Positions 5,988 to 6,179 of a DNA stretch of 6,179 nucleotides are shown here, one piece after another. The notes beneath the pieces were generated by a model, which saw nothing but the letters and a program-made list of their open reading frames with translations, made no database searches and was not told where the DNA came from. Both the position numbers and the translations under genes were made by a program. The DNA lies in the NCBI GenBank assembly GCA_048939465.1, contig JBHLPL010000112.1, forward strand, positions 1-6,179, written 5' to 3'. Positions within the stretch are counted from its first letter, which is position 1. Each line of letters starts with the position of its first letter. The DNA is from Promethearchaeota archaeon. GTDB lineage: Archaea; Asgardarchaeota; Odinarchaeia; Odinarchaeales; JBHLKK01.

Positions 5988-6179
5988 AGTAATCGAAGCA
6001 GATACTTTCATTTTTTCTATTTCTTCGGCACTCTTGACCAGGCGCAGTTCATGCACGATGTGGTTGAGATCGGTGAATTCACCCGGCGGTACGGCCCCCG
6101 AGGCCTCCTTGCTGCGAATGGTGTTGACCCAGCTCATGATCTGCCGGTCGAACTCCGCGCTGCGACCCATCGAGTAGTA
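5988..6179 (-). CDS. pepP: Internal fragment of a bacterial (proteobacterial-type) Xaa-Pro aminopeptidase P, 64 codons, incomplete at both ends
   Basis: The frame is open from the window end: YYSMGRSAEFDRQIMSWVNTIRSKEASGAVPPGEFTDLNHIVHELRLVKSAEEIEKMKVSASIT. This matches the PepP N-domain/linker pattern (YY.MG...EFD...W.N..RSK...G..PP.EF..L.H..H..RL.KS..E...M....I[ST]). GC is about 60% over 6031-6179 by hand count, against about 36% in sampled 60-nt lines of the adjacent gene. Confidence 0.88.

Noticed and set aside
5125-6177. 350-aa ORF from the track, read as one protein or a novel fusion
   Set aside because: The start at 5125 lacks an RBS, whereas ATG 5194 has GGGTGG. The last ~63 codons are the antisense of pepP beyond the junction.

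Overview
Mostly an archaeal segment (TATA-type promoters, GGTG/GGAGG ribosome-binding sites, archaeal-type ProRS and proteasome alpha). In order: the 3' end of an unknown gene, a standalone B3/B4 tRNA-editing-domain gene overlapping proS, psmA, a convergent TIGR00288-like NYN gene whose catalytic aspartates are largely replaced, a divergently transcribed CPBP/Abi intramembrane protease, a 54-aa six-cysteine desulforedoxin-like miniprotein missed by the ORF track with a perfect 7-1-7 palindrome over its TATA box, and an uncharacterised pol-beta-fold nucleotidyltransferase. The last ~190 nt are foreign: an internal piece of a proteobacterial-type Xaa-Pro aminopeptidase gene (pepP) on the minus strand, joined at a GATC site. 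The window also starts with GATC, so a Sau3AI-type ligation or assembly chimera is the likeliest explanation, and the 350-aa ORF at 5125..6177 is not a real fusion protein. Best biological leads: B3/B4-proS coupling, the NYN pseudo-nuclease, the Cys-rich miniprotein with its putative operator, and a 9-mer anti-SD motif at identical spacing before two genes. All family assignments come from recalled motifs; no database search was run.
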